A stretch of 63,985 nt of DNA, filler included, from Vicugna vicugna (GCA_013265495.1; 81 parts of 76 records of this genome joined end to end with filler, not necessarily neighbours in it); one strand, 5' to 3'; positions 37,897 through 50,743 are shown, counted from the first letter of the whole stretch. The notes: generated from the letters alone by a model not told the origin. Made by a program: numbers and translations.

Positions 37897-38217
37897 AGTT
37901 AGGTGGCTAATGAGTGAAAAATGCTCAATACCACACTGGTCGTTAAGTGCAAAGTAAAACAATGAAAATCATTTTGCTCATCATATTGGCAAATATTTGT
38001 TAAATATATTCCAGCTAGTGTCCATTTTTGGGACAACAAACTGGGAGCGATCTTTTGGAGGACGACATGTCAATGGATATATAAACCCTGGAAAACGTGT
38101 GTACACACAGGCTGAACTTCACTTTTAGGAATCGTTTCATTTACAAAAAGAATCAGTTCAAAAAGATGTACTCATCAGAGCATTTACACAGCACTGTTTA
38201 CATTGGTGGGAAGAAAA
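37897..38217 (+). mobile_element. Ancient L1 (ORF2 3' region) remnant
   Basis: tgaaaaatgctcaatacc..gcaaagtaaaacaatga..cttttaggaat motifs. Confidence 0.55.
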
Positions 38218-38317
38218 NNNNNNNNNNNNNNNNNNNNNNNNNNNNNNNNNNNNNNNNNNNNTTAATTAATTAANNNNNNNNNNNNNNNNNNNNNNNNNNN
38301 NNNNNNNNNNNNNNNNN

Positions 38318-38703
38318 TGAAAGCACCACACCTGCAGTGACTAGCACAGCTGTCTTGACGACAGTGCAGTCAGCCCCCACCATCCCGTGGCCCTGAGCTC
38401 CTGATGCTGGGAAGAGAGCACGCTGCCGCCTCAGGCGGAGAAATATGGTAAAAGCATTTTCTGAAATCTACAGCACTGACAAAACATAACTGATTAATCC
38501 CAGGCTCCTTTGAGGCTGTCATTTTCCGTTTCTGGCCAACACAAGTCAATGAGCAGAACCACCCAGACGACAGTGCAGTCAGCCCCCATCATCCCGTGGC
38601 CCTGAGCTCCTGATGCTGGGAAGAGAGCACGCTGCCACCTCAGGCGGAGAAATATGGTAAAGCATTTTCTGAAATCTACAGCACTGACAAAACATAACTG
38701 ATT
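38318..38703 (+). repeat. Low-copy repeat with 209-bp tandem duplication; paralog of 22459-22706
   Basis: gacgacagtgcagtcagcc at 38357 and 38566. Confidence 0.85.
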
Positions 38704-39259
38704 NNNNNNNNNNNNNNNNNNNNNNNNNNNNNNNNNNNNNNNNNNNNTTAATTAATTAANNNNNNNNNNNNNNNNNNNNNNNNNNNNNNNNNNNNNNNNN
38801 NNNTCTCTAAAACTGGGGAGACTCTCTGCTTAGTAATGCTCTCCACATAAAATGATCCAGCTAACAGTGTAAACGTACCTGCTGTTTAATAATTATGCTT
38901 AAATACCTTCCTTTTTATGTTTAACTTAAATCCCCAAGTGCTATAGTTTCTGCTTATTAGCCCATCACTGGGGACAGACTGATCAGAGCCCTTTGAGAGA
39001 TGGCCCTTTTTGAGGCGGTGAACAAAGTTTTCCCACAAGTTCCCACAACATTCTCCTCCTTTTATGCATGCATTTAAAAATCCATAACAGGAATTTGTTG
39101 AGTGCCTAGTATGTGCTAGTCACTGTATTATATGTTATGCATATATGTGAGTGTGCATGTGTCTGTGTGTGTGTGGGTGTACAATTTAATCACCCAAACA
39201 ATCCTTATTCTTATCTTCCTTTTGCAAATGAAGATCCTGTGGCTTAAAGAGGGTAAATG

Positions 39260-39487
39260 GGCTTCCGGGCAAGATGGCGGAGTAGAAGGACGCTAGTAAG
39301 TCACCCTCTCCCACAAATACACCAAGACCCATATCTACAGACCCACTCAGCCAACCAGAGCACCTGCGGAACTCCAACAGATCGTCGCCCTCTTCAAAAG
39401 ATAAAGACGCCAAAAATCTGGTAGGAGAAAAGGAAAAAAATGAAGAACAAAAGGCAAAGCAGAGCGGGTCGGGTCCCGTGGGGAGGG
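39260..39487 (+). mobile_element. 5' end of L1 (5'UTR/internal promoter)
   Basis: gggcttccgggcaagatggcggagtagaaggacg with YY1 motif, CpGs retained; second copy at 9955-9997. Confidence 0.8.
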
Positions 39488-39587
39488 NNNNNNNNNNNNN
39501 NNNNNNNNNNNNNNNNNNNNNNNNNNNNNNNTTAATTAATTAANNNNNNNNNNNNNNNNNNNNNNNNNNNNNNNNNNNNNNNNNNNN

Positions 39588-40120
39588 CTGAGTTATTCTA
39601 TTAAAACGCAGGCGCTGCTGTCAGTTGGAGGAACTTCCACACTCTGAGGATTCCGGATCCCAGCCTTGTGTTTGGGGGAGGTGTGGATACCCAGTCCACA
39701 GAGATGAATGGGGGCACAGGTGTTCCATAATAGCGTGAAATCCTCTAAGTACTTCCTCAGTAAATCGGGGGGCACTCGTTGCTACTTGGACTTCAAACCC
39801 AACGCCCACTTTCTCCCACTCTCCAGCCTAGGCATGCCATCAGGTAAGACAAGCTAAGGGATTCTATTAGAACCNNNNNNNNNNNNNNNNNNNNNNNNNN
39901 NNNNNNNNNNNNNNNNNNNNNNNNNNNNNNNNNNNNNNNNNNNNNNNNNNNNNNNNNNNNNNNNNNNNNNNNCACGCAACATGGGCACAGGTGTTCCCAG
40001 GGATGGAATGTACTTTAAAAACCTCCACTATCCATAGAGAGGCACTCGCTATTACTTGGCTTTACAGCCCAACCACCACCTTCGGTCCCATCCCGTCCTT
40101 GGAAAACACTCAGGGAAGAT
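39588..40120 (-). repeat. Satellite B
   Basis: Reverse-complement motifs. Confidence 0.88.
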
Positions 40121-40793
40121 NNNNNNNNNNNNNNNNNNNNNNNNNNNNNNNNNNNNNNNNNNNNTTAATTAATTAANNNNNNNNNNNNNNNNNNNNNNNN
40201 NNNNNNNNNNNNNNNNNNNNACTGAAAAATTGTGCTCTACGTTGGAATTTGACACAACATTGCAAGACGACTATGACTAAAGAAAAAACTGTTAAAATAA
40301 TAATAATTTCTGAATCTTAACACCTATTTTTTCAAAATAAAAAGACTTTAGACCTAGGCAATCCTGGAAATCTACTTTTAATAAAGATTTGCTTTTGCTA
40401 AAGACATTACTCAGCAGGCGTTCATTATCCATTCAGCTGTTTGTTCATGCATTTGACATGTCCTTATGGAGCATGATGGCTTTTTTAATTTAGAACTTAG
40501 TAATCCAAAAGTAATTTAGTAATCCTAATCATCTGTGATAGATTGTTAATAGTTTATTATTCTATTGTATATAAACAAAACCTTCCCGTTCTTCCTAGAA
40601 TCTAAACAGATACTGTTAATATAATCTGGTATTTTACAATAGCATACAAAAACCACAGCCACTCATGATGATACTGTCAAGGACACTATAAAGNNNNNNN
40701 NNNNNNNNNNNNNNNNNNNNNNNNNNNNNNNNNNNNNTTAATTAATTAANNNNNNNNNNNNNNNNNNNNNNNNNNNNNNNNNNNNNNNNNNNN

Positions 40794-41718
40794 CCCAGGT
40801 AGAGAGGCACACAGAGACACTCTAGGATGCACTCCCAGTTAGTCAGGGAGGGAGAGAGGCACACAGAGACACTCTAGGCTGCTCTCCCAGGTAGACAGGC
40901 ACACAGAGACACTCTAGGCCGCACTTCCAGGTAGATAGGCACACACACACACTCTTGGCAGCACTCCCAGGGAGACAAGCACATAGAGACCCTCTAGTCT
41001 GCAGTCCCAGCTAGATAGGCACACACAGACACTCTAGGCAGCACTCCCAGGCGGACAGGCAGGGAGAGAGTCACACAGAGACACTCTAAGCTGCTCTCCC
41101 AGGCAGACAGGCACACAGAGTCACTCAGGGCAGCCCTCCCAGGTAGACAGGCAGGAGAGAGGCACACAGAGACAGCTGCACTCCAGACAGGCACACAGAG
41201 ACACTCTAGACTGCACTCACAGGTAGATAGGGACACACACACACTCTAGGCAGCACTCCCAGGTAGACAGGCACATAGAGACACTCTAGGCTACTCTCCC
41301 AGATAGACAGGCACACACAGACACTCTAGGCTGCACTCCCAGGTAGATAGGGACACACACACACTCTAGGCAGCACTCCCAGGTAGACAGGCACACAGAG
41401 ACACTCCAGGCAGCACTCCCAGTTAGACAGGCACACAGAGACACTGTAGGCTGCACCCACAGGTAGACAGGCAGGAGAGAGGCACACAGAGACACTGTAG
41501 GCTCCTCTCCCAGGTAGACAGGCACACAGAGACACTCTAGGCAGCACTCCTAGGTAGACAGGCACACAAACACTCTAGGCTGCACTCTCAGATAGACAGG
41601 CACACAAAGACACTGTAGGATGCACTCCCAGGTAGACAAGCAGAGAGAGAGGCACACAGAGACACTATAGACAGCACTCCCAGGTAGACAGGCACACAGA
41701 GACACTCTAGGCGCACTC
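40794..41718 (+). repeat. 40-bp minisatellite (ggcacacagagacactctaggcagcactcccaggtagaca) with ~51-52-bp variant units
   Basis: About 22 tandem units; periodic ggcaggagaga insert. Confidence 0.95.
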
Positions 41719-41818
41719 NNNNNNNNNNNNNNNNNNNNNNNNNNNNNNNNNNNNNNNNNNNNTTAATTAATTAANNNNNNNNNNNNNNNNNNNNNNNNNN
41801 NNNNNNNNNNNNNNNNNN

Positions 41819-42180
41819 TTTATATTTGTACAGTGTGAGGGAGTGTTCTAATTTCCTTGATTTACATGTAGATGTCTAGTTTTCTCAACATCACTTGCTG
41901 AAGACTGTCTTTTAGTCATTGTGTATTTTTGTTTCCTTTGTCATAGTTTAGTTGACCATAGGTGTGATGTTTTATTTCTGCCTCTGTGTTCTGTTCCAGT
42001 GATATAGATGTTTGTTCATTTTCCAGTATTGTGCTGTTTTGATTACTGTAATTTTGTAATATATTCTGAGATTTGGGAGGGTTATGTGTTATGCCTCCAA
42101 CTTTGTTCTTTTTCCTGATTGTTTCTTTTGCAGTTCTGGTTCTTTTGCAGTTCCATACAAATCATAAGACTGTTTTTAAT
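41819..42180 (-). mobile_element. L1 ORF2 remnant
   Basis: T-rich; gtttgattactgta.., gcctccaactttgttctttt, ttccatacaaat motifs of antisense L1. Confidence 0.8.
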
Positions 42181-42357
42181 TCCTGGAAAGTATCATGTAG
42201 TTCGATAATTCAATCTGAATCACTTTATATCTGTAGACATCTTTTGAAGTATGTATANNNNNNNNNNNNNNNNNNNNNNNNNNNNNNNNNNNNNNNNNNN
42301 NTTAATTAATTAANNNNNNNNNNNNNNNNNNNNNNNNNNNNNNNNNNNNNNNNNNNN

Positions 42358-43113
42358 AGGGGAGACGAGCTTAGGTATTCATTTAGAACCCACGTGCTGC
42401 CGACCGGTTGGAACCTCCCCACGCTCAGGATTCCGGAACCATTGTCAGCGCGTGGGGGAGCTCGAGAGACAACTCCACGCAGCTCTCTTCAGTCAAACGT
42501 GTTCTCTGTTCGATGAAGTACGAGAAATACCTTAACTGATCTTGGGGAGGCAGCCTCTGACACTGGGATATCCTGCAATCACCCCTAGCATTCCCTGGCA
42601 CAGAGGCATTAGTAAAATCCTCAGGGGAGACGAGCTTAGGCTTTCCGTTTGAACTCACGCGCTGCCGACCGTTGGTGGAACCTCCCCACGCTCAGGATTC
42701 CGGAAACACTGTCAGTGCGTGGGGGAGCTCGAGAAACAACTCCACCCATCTCTCTTCAGACACTGGTGTTCCCTGTTAGGGGAAGCCCGAGAAATACCTT
42801 CCGTGACCTTGGCGAGGCAGTCTCTGACACTGGGAAATCCTGCAATCACCCCTAGCATTCCCTGGCACAGAGGCATTAGTAAAATCCTCAGGGGAGACGA
42901 GCTTAGGCTTTCCGTTTGAACTCACGCGCTGCCGACCGTTGGTGGAACCTCCCCCGCTCAGGATTCCGGAACCATTGTCAGTGCGTGGGGGAGCTCGAGA
43001 GACAACTCCACGCAGCTCTCTTCAGTCACACGTGTTCTCTGTTCGATGAAGTACGAGAATTACCTTAACTGATCTTGGGGAGGCAGCCTCTGACACTGGG
43101 AAATCCTGCAATC
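42358..43113 (+). repeat. Satellite A
   Basis: CTCGAG at 42461, 42728 and 42994 (267/266 spacing). Confidence 0.97.
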
Positions 43114-43213
43114 NNNNNNNNNNNNNNNNNNNNNNNNNNNNNNNNNNNNNNNNNNNNTTAATTAATTAANNNNNNNNNNNNNNNNNNNNNNNNNNNNNNN
43201 NNNNNNNNNNNNN

Positions 43214-43992
43214 TTCCTGAATTGAGAGAATGTGCATTACTGATCTTCCATCCTGTATTAAAGGAAAATTTTTATCTAGACACGTGTACTCATTTTCACA
43301 AGTTTTCCCTAACACCAGTTTCGAATACGTGCATTTTTCACAGAAAAAATTTTTCCCAAACACCAGTTTCGAATACGTGCATTTTTCACAGAAAAATATT
43401 TCTGGAGTGATATTAACCTAATAGATATGTAATTTACATGAATTCCATCAACATGGCATTCCGGGTTCCGTACATGCTACATGCATGACGGATCTGCAAA
43501 CATGCGTTTTTGAGTTGTGAGCACATGGATTTCTGACCTTTAATTCACCAAACAAGGCATGTATAAACTTAGAAATATTTACTCTGACTTCATAGGTTTA
43601 TTCTATCCCCAGGTTCTTAAATCGGACATTTGGCACCAGAAAGCACTCTTTGAGCGAATTCTCACCAATAAGCATTTAATTTAAATTTTTTACATAACCG
43701 TGGCATTCCGTATTCCGAACAGGTTTCATGCATCACGGATTCCTCAAACATGCATTTCTGAGTTGTGAGCATGCGCATGACTGATGTTTCAACCACCAAA
43801 AAAGTTACCTATGCACTTTGAATTTTTGACTTCGTAGCATTTCCTATCACCAAGTTCAAAAATCAGAATTTGACCCCAGAAAAAATTCTTGGAGCGTAAT
43901 CTAAACTAGTGATATGAAATTTGTATAGATTCCATCAACATGACATCCCAGTTTCTGTACATATTTCATGCATGACGGATTCGACAAACATG
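43214..43992 (-). repeat. Satellite C
   Basis: One trimer plus a local duplication at ~43311/43359. Confidence 0.92.
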
Positions 43993-44092
43993 NNNNNNNN
44001 NNNNNNNNNNNNNNNNNNNNNNNNNNNNNNNNNNNNTTAATTAATTAANNNNNNNNNNNNNNNNNNNNNNNNNNNNNNNNNNNNNNNNNNNN

Positions 44093-44978
44093 GCAGCGCG
44101 TGGGTTCTAAGGGAATGCCTATGCTCGAATCCCCTGAAGTTTTTCCTCATTTCTCTGTGCCAGGGAATGCTAGGGGGGATTTCAGAATATCCCAGTGACA
44201 GAGGCTGCCTCTCCAAGGATAGGGAAGGTATTTCTCTGACTTCCCGGAGCAGGGAACACCTGTGACTTAAGAGAGCTGCGAGGAGTTGTCTCTCGAGCTC
44301 CCCGACTCAATGAAAATGGTTCCGGAATCCTGAGCGTGGGGAGGTTCCACCAACGGTCGGCAGCGCGTGGGTTCTAAGGGAATGCCTATGCTCGAATCCC
44401 CTGAAGTTTTTCCTCATTTCTCTGTGCCAGGGAATGCTAGGGGGGATTTCAGAATATCCCAGTGACAGAGGCTGCCTCCACAAGGTCAAGGAAGGTATTT
44501 CTCGGACTTCCCAGAGCAGGGAACAGCTGTGACTGAAAGAGCTGCGTAGAGTTGTCTCCCGAGCTCCCCGACACAATGACAATTGTTCCGGAATCCTGAG
44601 CGTGGGGAGGTTCCACCAACGGTCGGCAGCGCGTGGGTTCAAACGGAATGCCTGTGCTCGTCTCCCCTGAGTGTTTTCCTCATGTCTCTGTGCCAGGGAA
44701 TGCTAGGNNNNNNNNNNNNNNNNNNNNNNNNNNNNNNNNNNNNNNNNNNNNNNNNNNNNNNNNNNNNNNNNNNNNNNNNNNNNNNNNNNNNNNNNNNNNN
44801 NNNNNNNNNNNNNNNNNNNNNNNNNNNNNNNNNNNNNNNNNNNNNNNNNNNNNNNNNNNNNNNNNNNNNNNNNNGGCAGCGCGTCTAAGGGAATGCCTGT
44901 GCTCGTCTCTCCTGAGAGTTTTCCTCATGTTTATGCGCCAGGGAATGCTAGGGGGGGTTGCAGGAAATCCCAGTGACA
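44093..44978 (-). repeat. Satellite A
   Basis: ~267-bp monomers. Confidence 0.95.
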
Positions 44979-45079
44979 NNNNNNNNNNNNNNNNNNNNNN
45001 NNNNNNNNNNNNNNNNNNNNNNTTAATTAATTAANNNNNNNNNNNNNNNNNNNNNNNNNNNNNNNNNNNNNNNNNNNNT

Positions 45080-45835
45080 AGAGGCTTACGCAGGTTTCCT
45101 GGCTGGAGGAGCCAGTGCCTGCCAACTGCTGGGTGAACCTCGGTCCTGGACCTCTGGTGGGTAGAGCCCTGTTCAGAAGCCTCTGTGGCTCAGGAAGTCT
45201 GCTGATGGGTGGGGCTGTGTTCCCACCCTGTATGTCGTTTGGCCTGAGGCTTCCCTACAGGCTGTTGGGTGGGGCTGGTCTTGGTTCTAATGATCCAATC
45301 AAGATGTCAGCCTCCAGGAAAGCTCGTGTAGATGAACACTCCCAGAATGTCTTCTACCAGCTTTTATGTCCCCTGGGTGAGCCACAGATGTCCTCTATGT
45401 CCNNNNNNNNNNNNNNNNNNNNNNNNNNNNNNNNNNNNNNNNNNNNNNNNNNNNNNNNNNNNNNNNNNNNNNNNNNNNNNNNNNNNNNNNNNTGTATGCT
45501 TCCCAAGAGAGTGAAGCCTGTTTCCCCCAAGTCCTGTGTAGCTCCTAGAGCTAAGCCCCACTGGCCTTCAAAACCAGATGTCCTGGGGTCTCCTCCACCT
45601 CCCGATGCTGGAATCCTGGGCTGCAGAACCTGATGTGGGGTTTAGAACTCAGTCCGGTGAGAGGGTCTCTGTGATTTATTCTTCAGCTTCTGGTTCACCC
45701 ACCCTGAGGGGTATAGGGCCTGATTATATCATGAGAATGCCTCTCGCACCGTCCTGCTGTGGCTCCCTTTTTATATTTCCAGTTGAAGACCTTTTTTGCT
45801 AGGTTCCAGTCTTTTATTTGATGCTTGTTTAGAAG
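45080..45835 (-). mobile_element. Probable L1 5' region remnant
   Basis: tgctgatgggtggggctgtgttcc, tgatgtggggtttagaact and ctgctgtggctccctttttat motifs recalled from antisense cetartiodactyl L1. Confidence 0.55.
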
Positions 45836-45935
45836 NNNNNNNNNNNNNNNNNNNNNNNNNNNNNNNNNNNNNNNNNNNNTTAATTAATTAANNNNNNNNN
45901 NNNNNNNNNNNNNNNNNNNNNNNNNNNNNNNNNNN

Positions 45936-46443
45936 GGCTGCCTCCCCAAGGAAAGGGAAGGTATTTCCCGGACTTCCACGAACAGGGAACTGTTGTGAAT
46001 GAATAGAGATGCGTGGAGTTGTCTCTCGAGCTCCCCCACGCACTGACAATGGTTCCGGAATCCTTAGCGTGGGGAGGTTCAACCAACTGTCGGCAGCGCG
46101 TGGGTTTTAACGGAATACCTAAGCTCGTCTCCCCTGAGGGTTTTCCTAATGTCTCTGTGCCAGGGAACACTAGTTTTGATTGCATGATATCCCAGTGACC
46201 GAGGCTGCCTCCCCAAGTTCAGGGAAGGTATATCCCAGACTTCCACGAACACGAGAAAACCTGTAAGAGAGCTGCTTGGAGTTGTCTCTCGAGCTCCTCC
46301 ACGCAATGACAATGGTTCCGGAATCCTGCGCGTGTGGAGGTTCCACCAACTGTCGGCAGCGCTTTTGTTCTAACGGAATGCGAAAGCTCGTCTTCCCCGA
46401 GGGTTTTCCTAATGTGTCTGTTCCAGGGAATGCTAGGGGTGAT
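45936..46443 (-). repeat. Satellite A
   Basis: Monomers of family A. Confidence 0.95.
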
Positions 46444-46543
46444 NNNNNNNNNNNNNNNNNNNNNNNNNNNNNNNNNNNNNNNNNNNNTTAATTAATTAAN
46501 NNNNNNNNNNNNNNNNNNNNNNNNNNNNNNNNNNNNNNNNNNN

Positions 46544-47780
46544 TAATTTCTGTGTTATGCATTCCGTGTTCTAAATTCTGGGTTCTATAATCGATATTAT
46601 ATATTCTATATCTGTGGTCTACATTCTATATTCTAAATACTATATTCAACTTTCTGTATTTTATATTATAAATACTGTGTTCTACATTCTATATTCTAAA
46701 TTCTATACTCAGTATTATGTAATCTCTATTCTAAATTCTGTGTTCTGCATAGCATGTTCTTTATTCTGGATTCTATATTCTGTATTCTACATTCTATATT
46801 GTTTGTTTTAAATTCTATATNNNNNNNNNNNNNNNNNNNNNNNNNNNNNNNNNNNNNNNNNNNNNNNNNNNNNNNNNNNNNNNNNNNNNNNNNNNNNNNN
46901 NNNNNNNNNNNNNNNNNNNNNNNNNNNNNNNNNNNNNNNNNNNNNNNNNNNNNNNNNNNNNNNNNNNNNNNNNNNNNNNNNNNNNNNNNNNNNNNNNNNN
47001 NNNNNNNNNNNNNNNNNNNNNNNNNNNNNNNNNNNNNNNNNNNNNNNNNNNNNNNNNNNNNNNNNNNNNNNNNNNNNNNNNNNNNNNNNNNNNNNNNNNN
47101 NNNNNNNNNNNNNNNNNNNNNNNNNNNNNNNNNNNNNNNNNNNNNNNNNNNNNNNNNNNNNNNNNNNNNNNNNNNNNNNNNNNNNNNNNNNNNNNNNNNN
47201 NNNNNNNNNNNNNNNNNNNNNNNNNNNNNNNNNNNNNNNNNNNNNNNNNNNNNNNNNNNNNNNNNNNNNNNNNNNNNNNNNNNNNNNTTTATCCTATTTT
47301 CTATATTTTGTGTTATTCATTGTATATTCTACATTCTATATAATGCTTTCCGTTTACTATATTCTATATTCTGTATTCTGCAATCTATATTCTAAATTCT
47401 ATATTCAGGATTTAGTATGCTATATTCTAAACTTTGTGTTCTGCATTCCATGTTCTAAATTCTGGGTTCTGTAATCTTTATTCTATATTCTATATTCTGT
47501 GTTCTACATTCTTTTCTAAATACTATATTCAGCATTCTATATTCTATATTATATATTCTGTGTTCTACATTCTATATTCTAAATTCTATATTCAGTATTA
47601 TGTAATCTATATTCTAAATTCTGTATTCTGCATAGCATGTTCCTTCTTCTGAACTCTATATTCTGTATTCTACATTGTATATTCTGTGTTCTACATTCTA
47701 TATCCTAAACTCAATATTCAGTATTCTCTATTCTGTATTCTAAATTCTGATTTCTGCTTTCCAAGTTCCAAAATCTGGAT
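46544..47780 (-). repeat. Satellite E heptamer
   Basis: ATATTCT periodicity. Confidence 0.95.
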
Positions 47781-47880
47781 NNNNNNNNNNNNNNNNNNNN
47801 NNNNNNNNNNNNNNNNNNNNNNNNTTAATTAATTAANNNNNNNNNNNNNNNNNNNNNNNNNNNNNNNNNNNNNNNNNNNN

Positions 47881-48385
47881 TGACAATCGTTCCGGAATCC
47901 TGAGCGTGGGTAGGTTCCACCAACGTTCGACAGCACGTGAGTTCTAATGGAATGCATAAGCTCGTCTACCCTGAGTGTTTTCCTAATTTCTCTGTGCCAG
48001 GGAATGCTAGGGGTGATTGCATGATATCCCAGTGTCCGAGGCTGCCTCCCCAAAGTCAGGAACGGTATTTCTCGGACTTCCTCGAACAGGGGACACCTGT
48101 GACTGAAGAGAGCTGCGTGGAGTTGTCTCTCGAGCTCCCCCACGCACTGACAATGNNNNNNNNNNNNNNNNNNNNNNNNNNNNNNNNNNNNNNNNNNNNN
48201 NNNNNNNNNNNNNNNNNNNNNNNNNNNNNNNNNNNNNNNNNNNNNNNNNNNNNNNNNNNNNNNNNNNNNNNNNNNNNNNNNNNNNNNNNNNNNNNNNNNG
48301 CCTCCCCAAGGTCAGGGAAGTTATTTCTCTGTCTTCTCCTAACAGGGAAAACCTGTGACTGAAAAGAGCTGCGTGGAGTTGTCTC
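47881..48385 (-). repeat. Satellite A
   Basis: Monomers of family A. Confidence 0.95.
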
Positions 48386-48485
48386 NNNNNNNNNNNNNNN
48401 NNNNNNNNNNNNNNNNNNNNNNNNNNNNNTTAATTAATTAANNNNNNNNNNNNNNNNNNNNNNNNNNNNNNNNNNNNNNNNNNNN

Positions 48486-49641
48486 TCCCTGGCACAGAGA
48501 CATTAGGGAAAACCTCAGGGGAGACGAGCTAAGGCAATCCGTTAGAACCAACACGCTGCCGACCGTTGGTGGAACCTCCCCACGCTCAGGATTCCGGAAC
48601 CATTGTCAGTGCGTGGGGGAGCTCGAGAGACAACTCCACGCAGCTCTCTTCAGTCACAGGTGTTCCCTGTTCGGNNNNNNNNNNNNNNNNNNNNNNNNNN
48701 NNNNNNNNNNNNNNNNNNNNNNNNNNNNNNNNNNNNNNNNNNNNNNNNNNNNNNNNNNNNNNNNNNNNNNNNNNNNNNNNNNNNNNNNNNNNNNNNNNNN
48801 NCGTTAAATCCCACGAGTTGCCGACCGTTCGTGGAACCTCCCCTCGCTCAGGATTCCGGAACAATTGTCAGTGCATCGGGGAGCTCGAGAGACAGCTCCA
48901 TGCAGCTCTCTACTTTCACAGGATTTCCCTGTTCCGGGAAGTCCGTGAAATAACTTCCCTGACCTTGGAGAGTCAGCCTCTGTCACTGGGATATCCTGCA
49001 AACACCCCTAGAATTGCCTGGCACAGAGATATTAGGAAAACCCTTAGGGGAGACGAGATTATGCATAACGTTAGAACCCACGAGCTGCTGACCGTTTGTG
49101 AAACCTCTCCACGCTCAGAATTCCGGAACCATTGTCAGTGCATCGGGGAGCTCGAGAGACAACTCCACGCAGCTCTCTTCAGTCACAGGTGTTCCCTGTT
49201 CGGGGAAGTCCGAGAAATACCTTCCCTGACCTTGGGGAGGCAGCCTCTGTCACTGGGATATCCNNNNNNNNNNNNNNNNNNNNNNNNNNNNNNNNNNNNN
49301 NNNNNNNNNNNNNNNNNNNNNNNNNNNNNNNNNNNNNNNNNNNNNNNNNNNNNNNNNNNNNNNNNNNNNNNNNNNNNNNNNNNNNNNNNNNNGTCAGTGC
49401 GTGAGAGATCTCGAGAGACAACTCCACGCAGCTCTCTTCAGTCACAGGTGTTCCCTATTCGGGGAAGTCCGAGAAATACCTTCACTGACTTGGGGAGGCA
49501 GCCTCTGTCACTGGGATATCCTCCAATCATCCCCAGCATTCTCAGGCACAGAGATATTAGGAAAAACCTCAGGTGAGACGAGCTTAGGCATTTAGATAGA
49601 ACCCACGCGCTACCGTCCGTTGTTGGAACCTCCCCACGCTC
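48486..49641 (+). repeat. Satellite A
   Basis: Monomers of family A. Confidence 0.95.
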
Positions 49642-49741
49642 NNNNNNNNNNNNNNNNNNNNNNNNNNNNNNNNNNNNNNNNNNNNTTAATTAATTAANNN
49701 NNNNNNNNNNNNNNNNNNNNNNNNNNNNNNNNNNNNNNNNN

Positions 49742-50643
49742 TCTCCACATGCTCAGTTCTGAGAGATATGTGTGTGTGTTAAAGCCAAAATTCACCTATC
49801 TTGAAGGGAACACAATTTTTCTTTTCAGTTGCCAACTCCACTCCATACAAATATATGGGGAGGTACAAGCTCCAACTCGGTTTTACAGTGAAAACGGCAG
49901 GCACTTCAAACCGGCACTAGGAAACAGACTGAGAAACCAGAGTAAGGGTTTCTCCTGCAACCCGATCCCCTTGTGCTGGATGAACGAACGTCTCTCCACA
50001 TGCTCAGTTCTGAGAGATAAGTGTGTGTGAAAGCCGTCCTTCACCTAGCTTGAAGGGAACACAAAGTTTCTTTTCAGTTGCCAACTCCACTCCATACATA
50101 TATATGGGGAGGTACAAGCTCCAAATCGGTTTTACAGTGAAATCGGCAAGCACTTCAAACAGGCACTAGGAAACAAACTGAGAAACCAGAGTAATAGTTT
50201 CTCCTGCAACCCGTTCCCTTTGTGCTGAATGAACGAACATCTCTCCACATGCTCAGTTCTGAGAGGTATGTGTGTGTGAAAGCCGTCCTTCATCTAGCTT
50301 GAAGGGAACACAAAGTTTCTTTCAGTTGCCAACTCTACTCCATACATATATATGGGGAGGTTCAAGCTCCAACTCGGTTTTACAATGAAAACCATAGGCC
50401 CTTCAAACCGGCACTAGGAAACAGACTGAGAAACTAGAGACAGTGTTTCTCCTGCAAACTCGTTCTATTTTTGATGGATGAACGAACTTCTCTCCACATG
50501 CTCAGTTCTGAGAGTTAAGTGTGTGTGAAAGCCGTCCTTCACCTAGCTTGAAGGGAACACAAAGTTTCCTTTCAGTTGCAAACTCCAATCCGTACAATTA
50601 TATGGGGAGGTACAATCTCCAACACGGTTTTACCGTGAAAACG
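49742..50643 (+). repeat. Satellite D (~249-bp monomer, 3.6 copies)
   Basis: tctccacatgctcagttctgagag at 49742, 49993, 50242 and 50491. Confidence 0.95.
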
Positions 50644-50743
50644 NNNNNNNNNNNNNNNNNNNNNNNNNNNNNNNNNNNNNNNNNNNNTTAATTAATTAAN
50701 NNNNNNNNNNNNNNNNNNNNNNNNNNNNNNNNNNNNNNNNNNN

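Noticed and set aside
43311..43397. Short exact local duplications inside satellites (also ~52039/52071, ~56203/56225, 1184/1321)
   Set aside because: Cannot be told apart from short-read gap-filling artefacts without raw reads
46544..47780. Heat-shock-element array in the GAA-rich satellite
   Set aside because: GAA units are direct repeats at 7-bp spacing, not the inverted nGAAn pentamers HSF1 requires
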